From positions 18,387 to 82,386 of the forward strand of contig CALRIY020000003.1 of the NCBI GenBank assembly GCA_943364975.1: a DNA stretch of 64,000 nucleotides, given 5' to 3'. The position numbers and the translations under genes were made by a program. The notes beneath the pieces were generated by a model, which saw nothing but the letters and a program-made list of their open reading frames with translations, did not search any database and was not told where the DNA came from. The stretch comes from Synechococcus sp. UW140 (GTDB lineage: Bacteria; Bacteroidota; Ignavibacteria; UBA10030; UBA8401). Within the stretch, counting starts at the first letter, position 1. The number at the start of each line of letters is the position of its first letter. This document shows, piece by piece, positions 15,494-23,561 of the stretch.

Positions 15494-18232
15494 ATGGAAT
15501 CACACGACCTACATATTCAGGGGATCCGTCAGGCACTGACGGAAGAGATCACTGCATTATCACAAACACCGAACTCGTCCGTTCTCAGCAACGGTACGCG
15601 GGTTGCGCTGTTTGGGGATTCTGCGGTCTATCGTTTTGAGATCCCCGAGAATTATTTCTTCACTCCGTCCGCTTCCGTACGCTGTTCGTTCGGAACGACC
15701 GTCCGTTTTTCCCTGACCGCTGTTGTTGCCGATATTCAGAGCCAGTTCCTGTATCTGCTTTTCCCATGCAACGCCGGAGAGATCGTACCGGAGATGGACT
15801 GCCAGTGGAATCCGGCGGAGGGCGCGGAACATCTGAATACCTGCTGGAACTCGTTCGCGGAGAACACCATCGCCCACGACCTCTTTGAACGGAAATTCCG
15901 GGAGAACTCATCTCCGGCAAAGAAAGATGCGGTCTTCCCCTCCTACTTCACCGCTTCGCAGCAGCAGGCGATCAAACAATCGCTGAACCGGAAGATCTCG
16001 TTCGTGATCGGCGAACGGAAACGGGGAAAGACCGGCGTGGCATCATCGCTGGTGCTGAACTCGCTCCGCGAAGGGAAACGGATCCTGTATCTCGCCGGCA
16101 GTTCCGGAAGTCTGCACGGTTGTCTGAAAGAGATCACTGAGGTGAATCCGGTCGCTGTGGAAGAATCCACCGCGGTGCTGAACGAAGGACTGTATCTTCG
16201 CTCCGAACTCTCCCCCGACCTTTTTCCCCGGGCCGCTTCGCTGGACGAAGAGACCAGGAACGGATTGACAAAACTCTTCTCCGTGATCAATGCCGAGCAT
16301 GACTATACGCGCATCCATGAACTGCAGGAGAAACTGAAGGAGAAGGAACAGCAGATCACCGATGCCAATGAAGAGGTCCGCGCCGCTAAGGAAGAAGCGG
16401 CCAGGATGCAGAATGCATCCATGATCGAACGGATGCGCCTGGGAAAGAAAGCGCTCGACGATGCGCAGAATGCCGTGAAGGAGAAACAGGCGCTGGCGGA
16501 CAGGCTGAATCAGCATCTCTCCGCACTGACCAAAGAATTGTTCAAGAAAGAGACATCCGTACCGGTATTGCTTCGGGAGAAGAAGAAGATCGAACAGTTT
16601 GCCGCGATGACGTTCCCTCCGGTGAACCGGACGGAGATCGAATCTGCCATTCAGTCCAGACAATGTCTCGCAACGACCGTCAATAATGCCGTCACTCTGT
16701 CGCCGCAGCTCCTCGCTTCCTTCGATGTTGTCTGCATTGACGATGCCCACGCATTGGGCCTTGCGCAGTTCTTCTTCTTTGCTTCATTGGCGAAGGAACG
16801 GTGTTTCATCCTTGCCGATGTCACCGAACAGCCGCCGCAGTCCGCTTCGCAGCTCGATGCCGCACGGACGTGGCTGCAGAAGAATTATTTTGCCTATTAT
16901 CAGAACGAGGACAGCGAGTACTACCGGTTCATGATCAATCTGCTGCCGCATGACGTGGTGAGCGAATTGACGCTGGACGAAACCTCCACGAACATTTTCG
17001 AAGCGTGTCTCCTCTCCGCGCTGGATGAGACGCCGATCCCTCCGGGTTCCAAAGGACGCATCTTCTTCATCAACACCGAGGATCAGCGTGCCACCTCGCC
17101 CCAGTTCATCGGAAAGAAAAAGATCCTGCCGTTCAACGAAGCGAATGCAAAAAAAGTGGCGGACTGTGTGAAACACGCGCTGCTGAACGGCGCCACCGCT
17201 GTCTCCGACATCCTTGTGGTTGCACCGCCGAGCGGACAGACGATGTTCCTTCGCGAGCATCTGAAAGCGCATCAGCTGGGCGAAGTGGAAGTGACACCGC
17301 TCGGTGCGATCCGTCTCTGCTCCAAACGCGCCGTCATCTTCGATCTGACCGCCGCCGGCATCGACTTCACGCTCCGTTCGCTGGACGACAAGAAGATCGG
17401 ACTGGTGACCGTTGCCGATACGTTCAACACATTGTTCTCCACCGTCACGGACGATCTGTACGTTGTCGGCGATCTCGCACACTTCCGTACGAAGTACAAA
17501 GGACGGTTCATCGCAACACTGCTGGAGAAGATCGTCAGCGTCAAGGAGAATGAAGCAGCGGTGATCAGCGCCACCCGGAGATTCGACGATCTGACGAATG
17601 AAGTCCGGACCAAAGTGATCACTGCAACCGAAGAGGAAAAACTTTCGCCGGAGTACAAGAGCAAGCTGGAACAGTCCAAACCGAGCGCCATGGATTCGGC
17701 GAAAACCGGATCAAGCAATACGGTGGCAGCCGCGGACCGGAAACTGAAGCAGGAGATCCGTCTCGCCTCGCTGCGAGTACTGGCGCGCCGCGAGATGATC
17801 AATCTGATCGCACGGTATCTCGGAGCTTTCCCGCTCTACAAGACGACCGTCGAAACACAGAAATTTTCCGCCGTCATTCCGGAGTACGACTGCGAGAATG
17901 AGAATGATTTCAAGAATGTGATGGATATGTGGAATCTGCTCATCTATGAGACGAGCGACGTGCAGAAAGCGGAGCATCCGCTCTTCCAGAAAGCGAAAGT
18001 GGACTCCAAAGTGCCGATCGACCTTCAGCAGATCCATTCTTTCTACCATTCCGACCTCGAGATGGTGGTGGAAGAAGGAAAACACCGCCTCGCACAAAGC
18101 ATCCAAAAGATCTTTAACGACTGCATCGGCAAGAAACCGGTCACCCCGATCGAGTGGATGAACGCTTACATCGTTTTTTTGAACCGCATGTCCAAATACC
18201 TCGATACGATCATCAATCAGATCCGCGCGTAA
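15494..18232 (+). CDS. Upf1-like SF1 helicase homologue (AAA_11/AAA_12-type) with degenerate motifs, coiled-coil insert and unknown terminal domains
   Basis: ORF trimmed to ATG 15494 (MESHDLHIQG...). Walker A GERKRGKT (16010..16033). Motif II CIDDAH (16733..16750). Motif III-like FILADVTEQPP. Motif VI position reads VTVADTFNTLF, without Arg. Terminator at 18294..18324. Confidence 0.8.
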   Translation: MESHDLHIQGIRQALTEEITALSQTPNSSVLSNGTRVALFGDSAVYRFEIPENYFFTPSASVRCSFGTTVRFSLTAVVADIQSQFLYLLFPCNAGEIVPEMDCQWNPAEGAEHLNTCWNSFAENTIAHDLFERKFRENSSPAKKDAVFPSYFTASQQQAIKQSLNRKISFVIGERKRGKTGVASSLVLNSLREGKRILYLAGSSGSLHGCLKEITEVNPVAVEESTAVLNEGLYLRSELSPDLFPRAASLDEETRNGLTKLFSVINAEHDYTRIHELQEKLKEKEQQITDANEEVRAAKEEAARMQNASMIERMRLGKKALDDAQNAVKEKQALADRLNQHLSALTKELFKKETSVPVLLREKKKIEQFAAMTFPPVNRTEIESAIQSRQCLATTVNNAVTLSPQLLASFDVVCIDDAHALGLAQFFFFASLAKERCFILADVTEQPPQSASQLDAARTWLQKNYFAYYQNEDSEYYRFMINLLPHDVVSELTLDETSTNIFEACLLSALDETPIPPGSKGRIFFINTEDQRATSPQFIGKKKILPFNEANAKKVADCVKHALLNGATAVSDILVVAPPSGQTMFLREHLKAHQLGEVEVTPLGAIRLCSKRAVIFDLTAAGIDFTLRSLDDKKIGLVTVADTFNTLFSTVTDDLYVVGDLAHFRTKYKGRFIATLLEKIVSVKENEAAVISATRRFDDLTNEVRTKVITATEEEKLSPEYKSKLEQSKPSAMDSAKTGSSNTVAAADRKLKQEIRLASLRVLARREMINLIARYLGAFPLYKTTVETQKFSAVIPEYDCENENDFKNVMDMWNLLIYETSDVQKAEHPLFQKAKVDSKVPIDLQQIHSFYHSDLEMVVEEGKHRLAQSIQKIFNDCIGKKPVTPIEWMNAYIVFLNRMSKYLDTIINQIRA

Positions 18233-18293
18233 TAAAAAGCAAAATCATTCACCGCGGAGGGCACAGAGAACACGGAGAAGAACAATTCTTAAT

Positions 18294-18324
18294 GGGGCGG
18301 ACAATTGTCCGCCCCTGTTTTTTT
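18294..18324 (+). terminator. rho-independent terminator of the helicase-like gene
   Basis: GGGGCGGAC-aatt-GTCCGCCCC followed by TGTTTTTTT. Confidence 0.85.
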
Positions 18325-18384
18325 AAACAAAAGAATAAGATCGGACGGGAAAAAGGATTGATGCGGTAAAAGATGGCGGGTAGA

Positions 18385-18433
18385 AAACCTTGCGAAGGTT
18401 TCAGAAGATTTACGATTAACCTTCGCAAGGTTT
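18385..18433. repeat. 16-bp perfect inverted repeat with 17-nt spacer
   Basis: AAACCTTGCGAAGGTT...AACCTTCGCAAGGTTT. Each arm is itself nearly palindromic (ACCTT-gcg-AAGGT). Confidence 0.8.
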
Positions 18434-18577
18434 ACTATATCATTCCATGTGACTACTTGTCCGCTCTACGAGTCGTAGACCAGTTCTGTGGCGGATGTGT
18501 TTAATACTTTCTGTTTGGAAACGTTTATTATGTGAAACTCCGTTTCTTTTTTGTGAAGCAGAGCTTCAAAAGATTGC

Positions 18578-18600
18578 GTTCCCAAACGGAGTTTGGGAAC
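18578..18600 (-). terminator. hairpin just downstream of the M1 peptidase stop
   Basis: GTTCCCAAAC-gga-GTTTGGGAAC. On the minus strand it is followed by GCAATCTTTTG, so the T-tract is weak. Confidence 0.5.
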
Positions 18601-18608
18601 AAGATATC

Positions 18609-20591
18609 TCACTTTACAAGCGCCAGCTTTTTCACCGCCGAATATTTCCCAGCACTCATTTTCGCAAAATATGTTCCGGTTGAAAATGAAGAAGCGTTCC
18701 ACGTCATTGTATAACGTCCGACATCCATATCTTCGTCCACTAATGTCTCAAGCTCCCTTCCGGTGACATCGTATATTTTTAACGAAACGCGGCACCGCTC
18801 CGGTAATTGATAACTGATCGTTGTGGAAGGATTAAATGGATTGGGATAATTGTCCATACCAAATTCGAGCGGAATCATCTCATCCGGAACGCTCATGATC
18901 TGTGTCAGCTTCATCAGGACCCAGGCATCCGGATCGATCTTGTATGATGCGCCTGCAGGAATCGTAATATGGCCGATACCATTTGTCATGTTCACCCGCA
19001 GAGTGTCAGCACCAATTTGAACGTCTACCGGTAAGGAAAAAGGTACATTGTTCGGTGTTACCCACTGCAATGTGAGCATCGTGTCCACTTTGCTATACTG
19101 CAGTTCCGGAACTTTTGCCTGACGAAGATATACTGCAAAAAACCAATCCAGTGTTAGACCTGTGTGCTGCTCGGCGAGCCGAAGAATATCGTCCGTTGTT
19201 GCGTACCGGCATTGTTTTCCGTCGGTGAGTGTTTCCATGACAGAGTCGGGGTAGGCAATCTTTCTGTAAAGATCAAAGAATGTCTTATCGCCGAGATAAT
19301 GTCGAAGCGTGTGAAGGATCCAGGCGCCTTTAAAATAGATATCGTTCGATGAGAACATTTTGGCTGCTGTTGTCGCTTCCAGCGGTGCAACAGGTTTCGT
19401 ATTTAATATTTGCCGGCTAAGATCGAACATATAATTTTTATATTTTGTAACACCGAGAGTCCGCTCGACGAAGAGTGCCTCCATATATGTTGCGAATCCT
19501 TCGTGGATCCACACATCGCTCCAATCCTTGGCGGTAACAAGATTGCCCCACCATTCGTGTGCCAACTCGTGGAGATGGATATAATCAAACCCATAGGAAT
19601 TAAGTCGAAAATTGTTTCCATACGCAATAATCGTCTGGTGTTCCATTCCATAATATGGCGCGTCGGCTAGCCCATATTTCTCCGACCTGAAGGGGTAGGG
19701 ACCGCACACTTCTTCAAAGAACCGAAGATCTTTTAAGAATGTTGTTGAATATTGCTTTGCCTTTTCAACGTTATAGGGTAAAAACCAATATTCGCTCGGG
19801 ATCATCTCCCCTGTCACGCTCTGATATGTGATAGGTATTTTTTGATACGGCCCCAGATAAAATGTAATGGCGTAGTTACTGATCGGCTCGGAAACGTTCC
19901 AATGCAATGTTTTTGAACTTCCCCGCACAATTTCCTCAAGCAGACGTCCGTTTGATACGCATGTAAGAGACGCGGGAACGGTGAAATAGAGATCGACAGA
20001 ATCCGGTTCGTCGGAGGGATGGTCCTTGCACGGCCACCACATATCGGCACCTTCTGCTTCGCAAGCAACGCCAGCCCATATTTCTCCCGTCTTCGTATAT
20101 TTCCAGACAAACCCGGATTCCCATGGGGGATTCGATGCGACTTTCGGAACACCGTGATACCATACGGTCACAAAAATAGTGTCTTCTTTTTGCTGTACGG
20201 AAGGAAGGATGATCCACAGCCTGTCAGAATGTTGGCTGAATGGTAATGCTTTATTATTTGCCTGATATCCCTGCCACTTGACCGAATCCACAATAAAGTG
20301 AGAGCTTAGGTCCAGAACATATGTGCTTATCGTATCCATAACGAGGGAGCGGGAAAACAAATCCGCTCTAATTGACCGCGTGGTTGTGTCTATCGACAGG
20401 TTCAGTCTATAATAAAGCACATCATATGCCGCCTGCTCTCTGATGATAGGTCCGCCGGAATCCAGTGCTCGGTAAAAATGTTTTTCAAAATTCAGCTGGG
20501 CTTTCAGCATCACAATGTTCGCGATACAAAATAGTACTAAATATTTGAAATATCGAAACGTGCCATAATTTGCATTCATAGACCAACTCAT
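18609..20591 (-). CDS. M1-family zinc aminopeptidase with T9SS C-terminal sorting domain
   Basis: 660 aa. HELAHEWWGN-x18-E zinc site and YGMEHQ exopeptidase-type motif. C-terminus NYPNPFNPSTTISYQLP...KKLALVK. The start is 20591 or 20579. Confidence 0.88.
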   Translation of the reverse strand: MSWSMNANYGTFRYFKYLVLFCIANIVMLKAQLNFEKHFYRALDSGGPIIREQAAYDVLYYRLNLSIDTTTRSIRADLFSRSLVMDTISTYVLDLSSHFIVDSVKWQGYQANNKALPFSQHSDRLWIILPSVQQKEDTIFVTVWYHGVPKVASNPPWESGFVWKYTKTGEIWAGVACEAEGADMWWPCKDHPSDEPDSVDLYFTVPASLTCVSNGRLLEEIVRGSSKTLHWNVSEPISNYAITFYLGPYQKIPITYQSVTGEMIPSEYWFLPYNVEKAKQYSTTFLKDLRFFEEVCGPYPFRSEKYGLADAPYYGMEHQTIIAYGNNFRLNSYGFDYIHLHELAHEWWGNLVTAKDWSDVWIHEGFATYMEALFVERTLGVTKYKNYMFDLSRQILNTKPVAPLEATTAAKMFSSNDIYFKGAWILHTLRHYLGDKTFFDLYRKIAYPDSVMETLTDGKQCRYATTDDILRLAEQHTGLTLDWFFAVYLRQAKVPELQYSKVDTMLTLQWVTPNNVPFSLPVDVQIGADTLRVNMTNGIGHITIPAGASYKIDPDAWVLMKLTQIMSVPDEMIPLEFGMDNYPNPFNPSTTISYQLPERCRVSLKIYDVTGRELETLVDEDMDVGRYTMTWNASSFSTGTYFAKMSAGKYSAVKKLALVK

Positions 20592-20967
20592 TTCTTCATG
20601 TTCTCATTCTCCGCATTCATGGTCATTTAATAAGTCGAATGAGAACTTTGATTCGAATTCGCTCGCAAATTGAGCTTGGATGCGAGATGTGATTCGGATG
20701 AAAAGTATAGATTATATTGTTAGTCAGCAATCACGGAAAAGGGTGTTATTTCAATATCCGGTACTTGCTGCTCTATGAAACTCCGTTTCTCTTGGCGCTC
20801 TACATTTTTTCCTATGTGTCTATGTGTTTAAGGCTTTCCTCTATACTACGTTGCATTTCACTTTGATTTGTGCTACTTTGAAACGACATTTTATCATTTT
20901 ATCGCCGATTTTCCCCGATTTTTGAAGTTGGTTCGGAGCAGGGTGCCGCCACACACCAATAATTACA

Positions 20968-22314
20968 GTGGATGAACAATCCGGGAAGAAGGCCAAAAGA
21001 GCAGGAGTTATGGCAGAAGAAACACCCGAGCAGCAGCCGGAACAACAGCCGGAGCCGCAGAATACCAACAATCCCAAACGGGATAACCCCTTCCGCAGAA
21101 AGAATTTCCGCGGAAAATACCCGCGCCCCCAGCGCAAACCGGAATCCGAATTCCCCTCCCTAGAAAAAGTGGATGAGCTTCCGGCAACAATATTCGGTGA
21201 AGAAGCGGTCACCGCAGAGAAACAACCGCAGGAAGAGACACCGGCACAGCCCCCGGTGCAGCAGAACCGTCCTCAGCATCAGCAGAGACAACCGCAGCAG
21301 TCAAGATCCCAGCAGCAGCCCCGTCCGCAGCGCGAACCGAGAGAACAACGTGAACCTCGCGAACAACAGCAGCGAAATTCCGGCGGAGGCATCACCGTTT
21401 CCGTGGTGATCCCGCTCCTGAACGAAGAGGAATCACTGCGCGATCTGCATGAACAGCTGAAGAATTCCCTCTCCCGCGTGAACGGGAATTATGAATTGAT
21501 CTTTGTGGATGACGGCTCGACCGACAATTCCTTCAAAGTGCTCCGCGAACTGAAATCACGCAACCCGCGCGTGAAAGCGATCCGCTTCCGCCGCAACTAC
21601 GGCAAGAGCGCGGCGCTCCAGGTAGGATTCCAAAAAGCGCAGGGGGAATTCGTCATCACAATGGATGCGGACCTGCAGGACGATCCGGCAGAGATCTCGA
21701 ACATTCTGAAAGAACTCCGCGGCGGCTACGACGTCGTCTCCGGCTGGAAGAAGAAACGGAAAGATCCTCTCGGCAAGACCATCCCGTCCAAATTCTTCAA
21801 CTTCGTCACCGCGAAGGTCACCGGCATCAACATTCACGACTTCAACTGCGGACTCAAAGGATACCGGAACGATGTGGTGAAGAGTGTGAACGTGTACGGC
21901 GAACTGCACCGCTACATTCCCGCACTGGCGCACTGGCTCGGTTTCCGTGTCGGCGAGACTGTGGTGAACCACCGTCCACGCAAGTACGGAAAGACTAAAT
22001 TCGGCATGGCGCGGTACTCGCGCGGATTCCTGGATCTGCTCACCGTCGTCTTCACGACACGCTACGTCACCCGTCCGCTCCACTTGTTCGGCGGCTGGGG
22101 GATCCTCTCCACGCTCGCGGGACTCATCACTAGCGCGTGGCTTGTTTATGAAAAATACATCAACGGTCAGCCGTTGAGCAACCGTCCTCTCTTCATCGTT
22201 GCGCTGATCATGATCATTGTCGGCGTGCAGTTCGTCTCCATGGGACTGCTCGGTGAACTGATCACGAAGAATCAGCAGCTGGAAAAAGAGTATTCCATCC
22301 GTGAAGAGCTGTAA
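20968..22314 (+). CDS. GT2 glycosyltransferase (GtrB/polyprenyl-phosphate type) with ~130-aa Gln/Pro/Glu/Arg-rich N-terminal extension
   Basis: 448 aa. GT-A blocks VVIPLLNEEESL, FVDDGSTDNS and MDADLQDDP, with two C-terminal TM helices. The start is uncertain (GTG 20968 or ATG 21010). Confidence 0.85.
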   Translation: MDEQSGKKAKRAGVMAEETPEQQPEQQPEPQNTNNPKRDNPFRRKNFRGKYPRPQRKPESEFPSLEKVDELPATIFGEEAVTAEKQPQEETPAQPPVQQNRPQHQQRQPQQSRSQQQPRPQREPREQREPREQQQRNSGGGITVSVVIPLLNEEESLRDLHEQLKNSLSRVNGNYELIFVDDGSTDNSFKVLRELKSRNPRVKAIRFRRNYGKSAALQVGFQKAQGEFVITMDADLQDDPAEISNILKELRGGYDVVSGWKKKRKDPLGKTIPSKFFNFVTAKVTGINIHDFNCGLKGYRNDVVKSVNVYGELHRYIPALAHWLGFRVGETVVNHRPRKYGKTKFGMARYSRGFLDLLTVVFTTRYVTRPLHLFGGWGILSTLAGLITSAWLVYEKYINGQPLSNRPLFIVALIMIIVGVQFVSMGLLGELITKNQQLEKEYSIREEL

Positions 22315-23457
22315 ATGAAGATCACGCTGATCGGACCTGCGTACCCGCTTCGCGGCGGGAACGCACTCTTTGTCGCCCATCTGTACGAGGCGCTCTCCGC
22401 TCATCACTCGGTGGATGTGGTGTCGTTCTCCCGTTTGTACCCCTCCATTCTTTTCCCCGGTGTCCGTCAGAACGATATCAGCAGTTCCCCGCTCAAGAAA
22501 CATCCTGCGCGCGCACTGCTGGACAGCGTGAATCCGTTCACATGGATCTCCGCCGCAAAAGATATCCGTTCGAAACGTCCTGATGTTGTCATCTTCACCT
22601 GGTGGAATCCGTTCTTCGGTCCGCTCGTGCGTACCGCTGCATCGATCATCCGGAAAGCGGGGATCCCTGTGGTGATCGTTGCGGAGAATGTGATCTCCCA
22701 TGAAGGACGAGCGGTGGACCATGCGCTGACGAAGATCGCGCTGGACACTGCCGATGCGTTCCTCGTTCTCTCCAAAGTGGTAGAAGAGACCGTGCAGCAG
22801 CTCTATCCGAAGGTTCCGCTCTTCCGTTCCACCCTGCCCGTGTATGACTGCTACCAGTCCGGCGATATCCTGCCGCAGGCGGCCGCCAAAGAACGGCTGA
22901 ATCTGGCGGGGAAAGAGGTGATCCTGTTCTTCGGATACATCCGTGAATACAAGGGATTGATGAACCTGATCGAGGCCTTCCCGAAGGTGAAGCAGCATAT
23001 TCCGAACGCGCATCTGCTGATCGTCGGGGAATTCTATAAGAATCCGAAAGAATATTACGACGCGATCGAACGGCAGAACTTGAAGAACGATGTGACCATT
23101 GTGGCGGAATATGTGGCGAACGAGGAAGTGCACAAATATTTCACTGCGTCGAATGTGGTCGTTCTTCCCTACAATGAAGCGACGCAGAGCGGCATCATGA
23201 GCATTGCTCAGTCCTTCGGCACGCCGGCGATCGTCACCAACGTCGGTGGACTCGGAGAACTGCTGGAGGACGGGAAGACCGGATTCATTGTGGAACCGAG
23301 AAATGTTCCGGAGCTTGCCGATTCCATCATCCGCTATTTCAAAGAGGGACGGGAAAAAGAATTTTCCGCCGAAGTGGTGAGGAGAAGCAGAGCGAATAGT
23401 TTTAACACGATCACCGATGTGTTCAGCAATATCTTTGCGGCGTTGAAAATTAAGTAA
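22315..23457 (+). CDS. GT4 (GT-B fold) glycosyltransferase
   Basis: 380 aa. The ATG directly follows the GT2 stop (TAAATG). C-terminal E-x7-E region EATQSGIMSIAQSFGTPAIVTNVGGLGELLEDGKTGFIV. Confidence 0.88.
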   Translation: MKITLIGPAYPLRGGNALFVAHLYEALSAHHSVDVVSFSRLYPSILFPGVRQNDISSSPLKKHPARALLDSVNPFTWISAAKDIRSKRPDVVIFTWWNPFFGPLVRTAASIIRKAGIPVVIVAENVISHEGRAVDHALTKIALDTADAFLVLSKVVEETVQQLYPKVPLFRSTLPVYDCYQSGDILPQAAAKERLNLAGKEVILFFGYIREYKGLMNLIEAFPKVKQHIPNAHLLIVGEFYKNPKEYYDAIERQNLKNDVTIVAEYVANEEVHKYFTASNVVVLPYNEATQSGIMSIAQSFGTPAIVTNVGGLGELLEDGKTGFIVEPRNVPELADSIIRYFKEGREKEFSAEVVRRSRANSFNTITDVFSNIFAALKIK

Positions 23458-23469
23458 AAGTCTATGCCA

Positions 23470-23538
23470 GTCATGCCTCGGCTCCGCTCGGCATGACAAA
23501 GCGAGGGTGTCATACTGAGCGAAGCCGAAGTATGACAC
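23470..23538. repeat. pair of GTCAT...ATGAC-type hairpins
   Basis: GTCATGCC-tcggctccgctc-GGCATGAC (23470..23497) and GTGTCATA-ctgagcgaagccgaag-TATGACAC (23507..23538). Confidence 0.75.
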
Positions 23539-23561
23539 TCGATTCACACAAGATAGATCCA

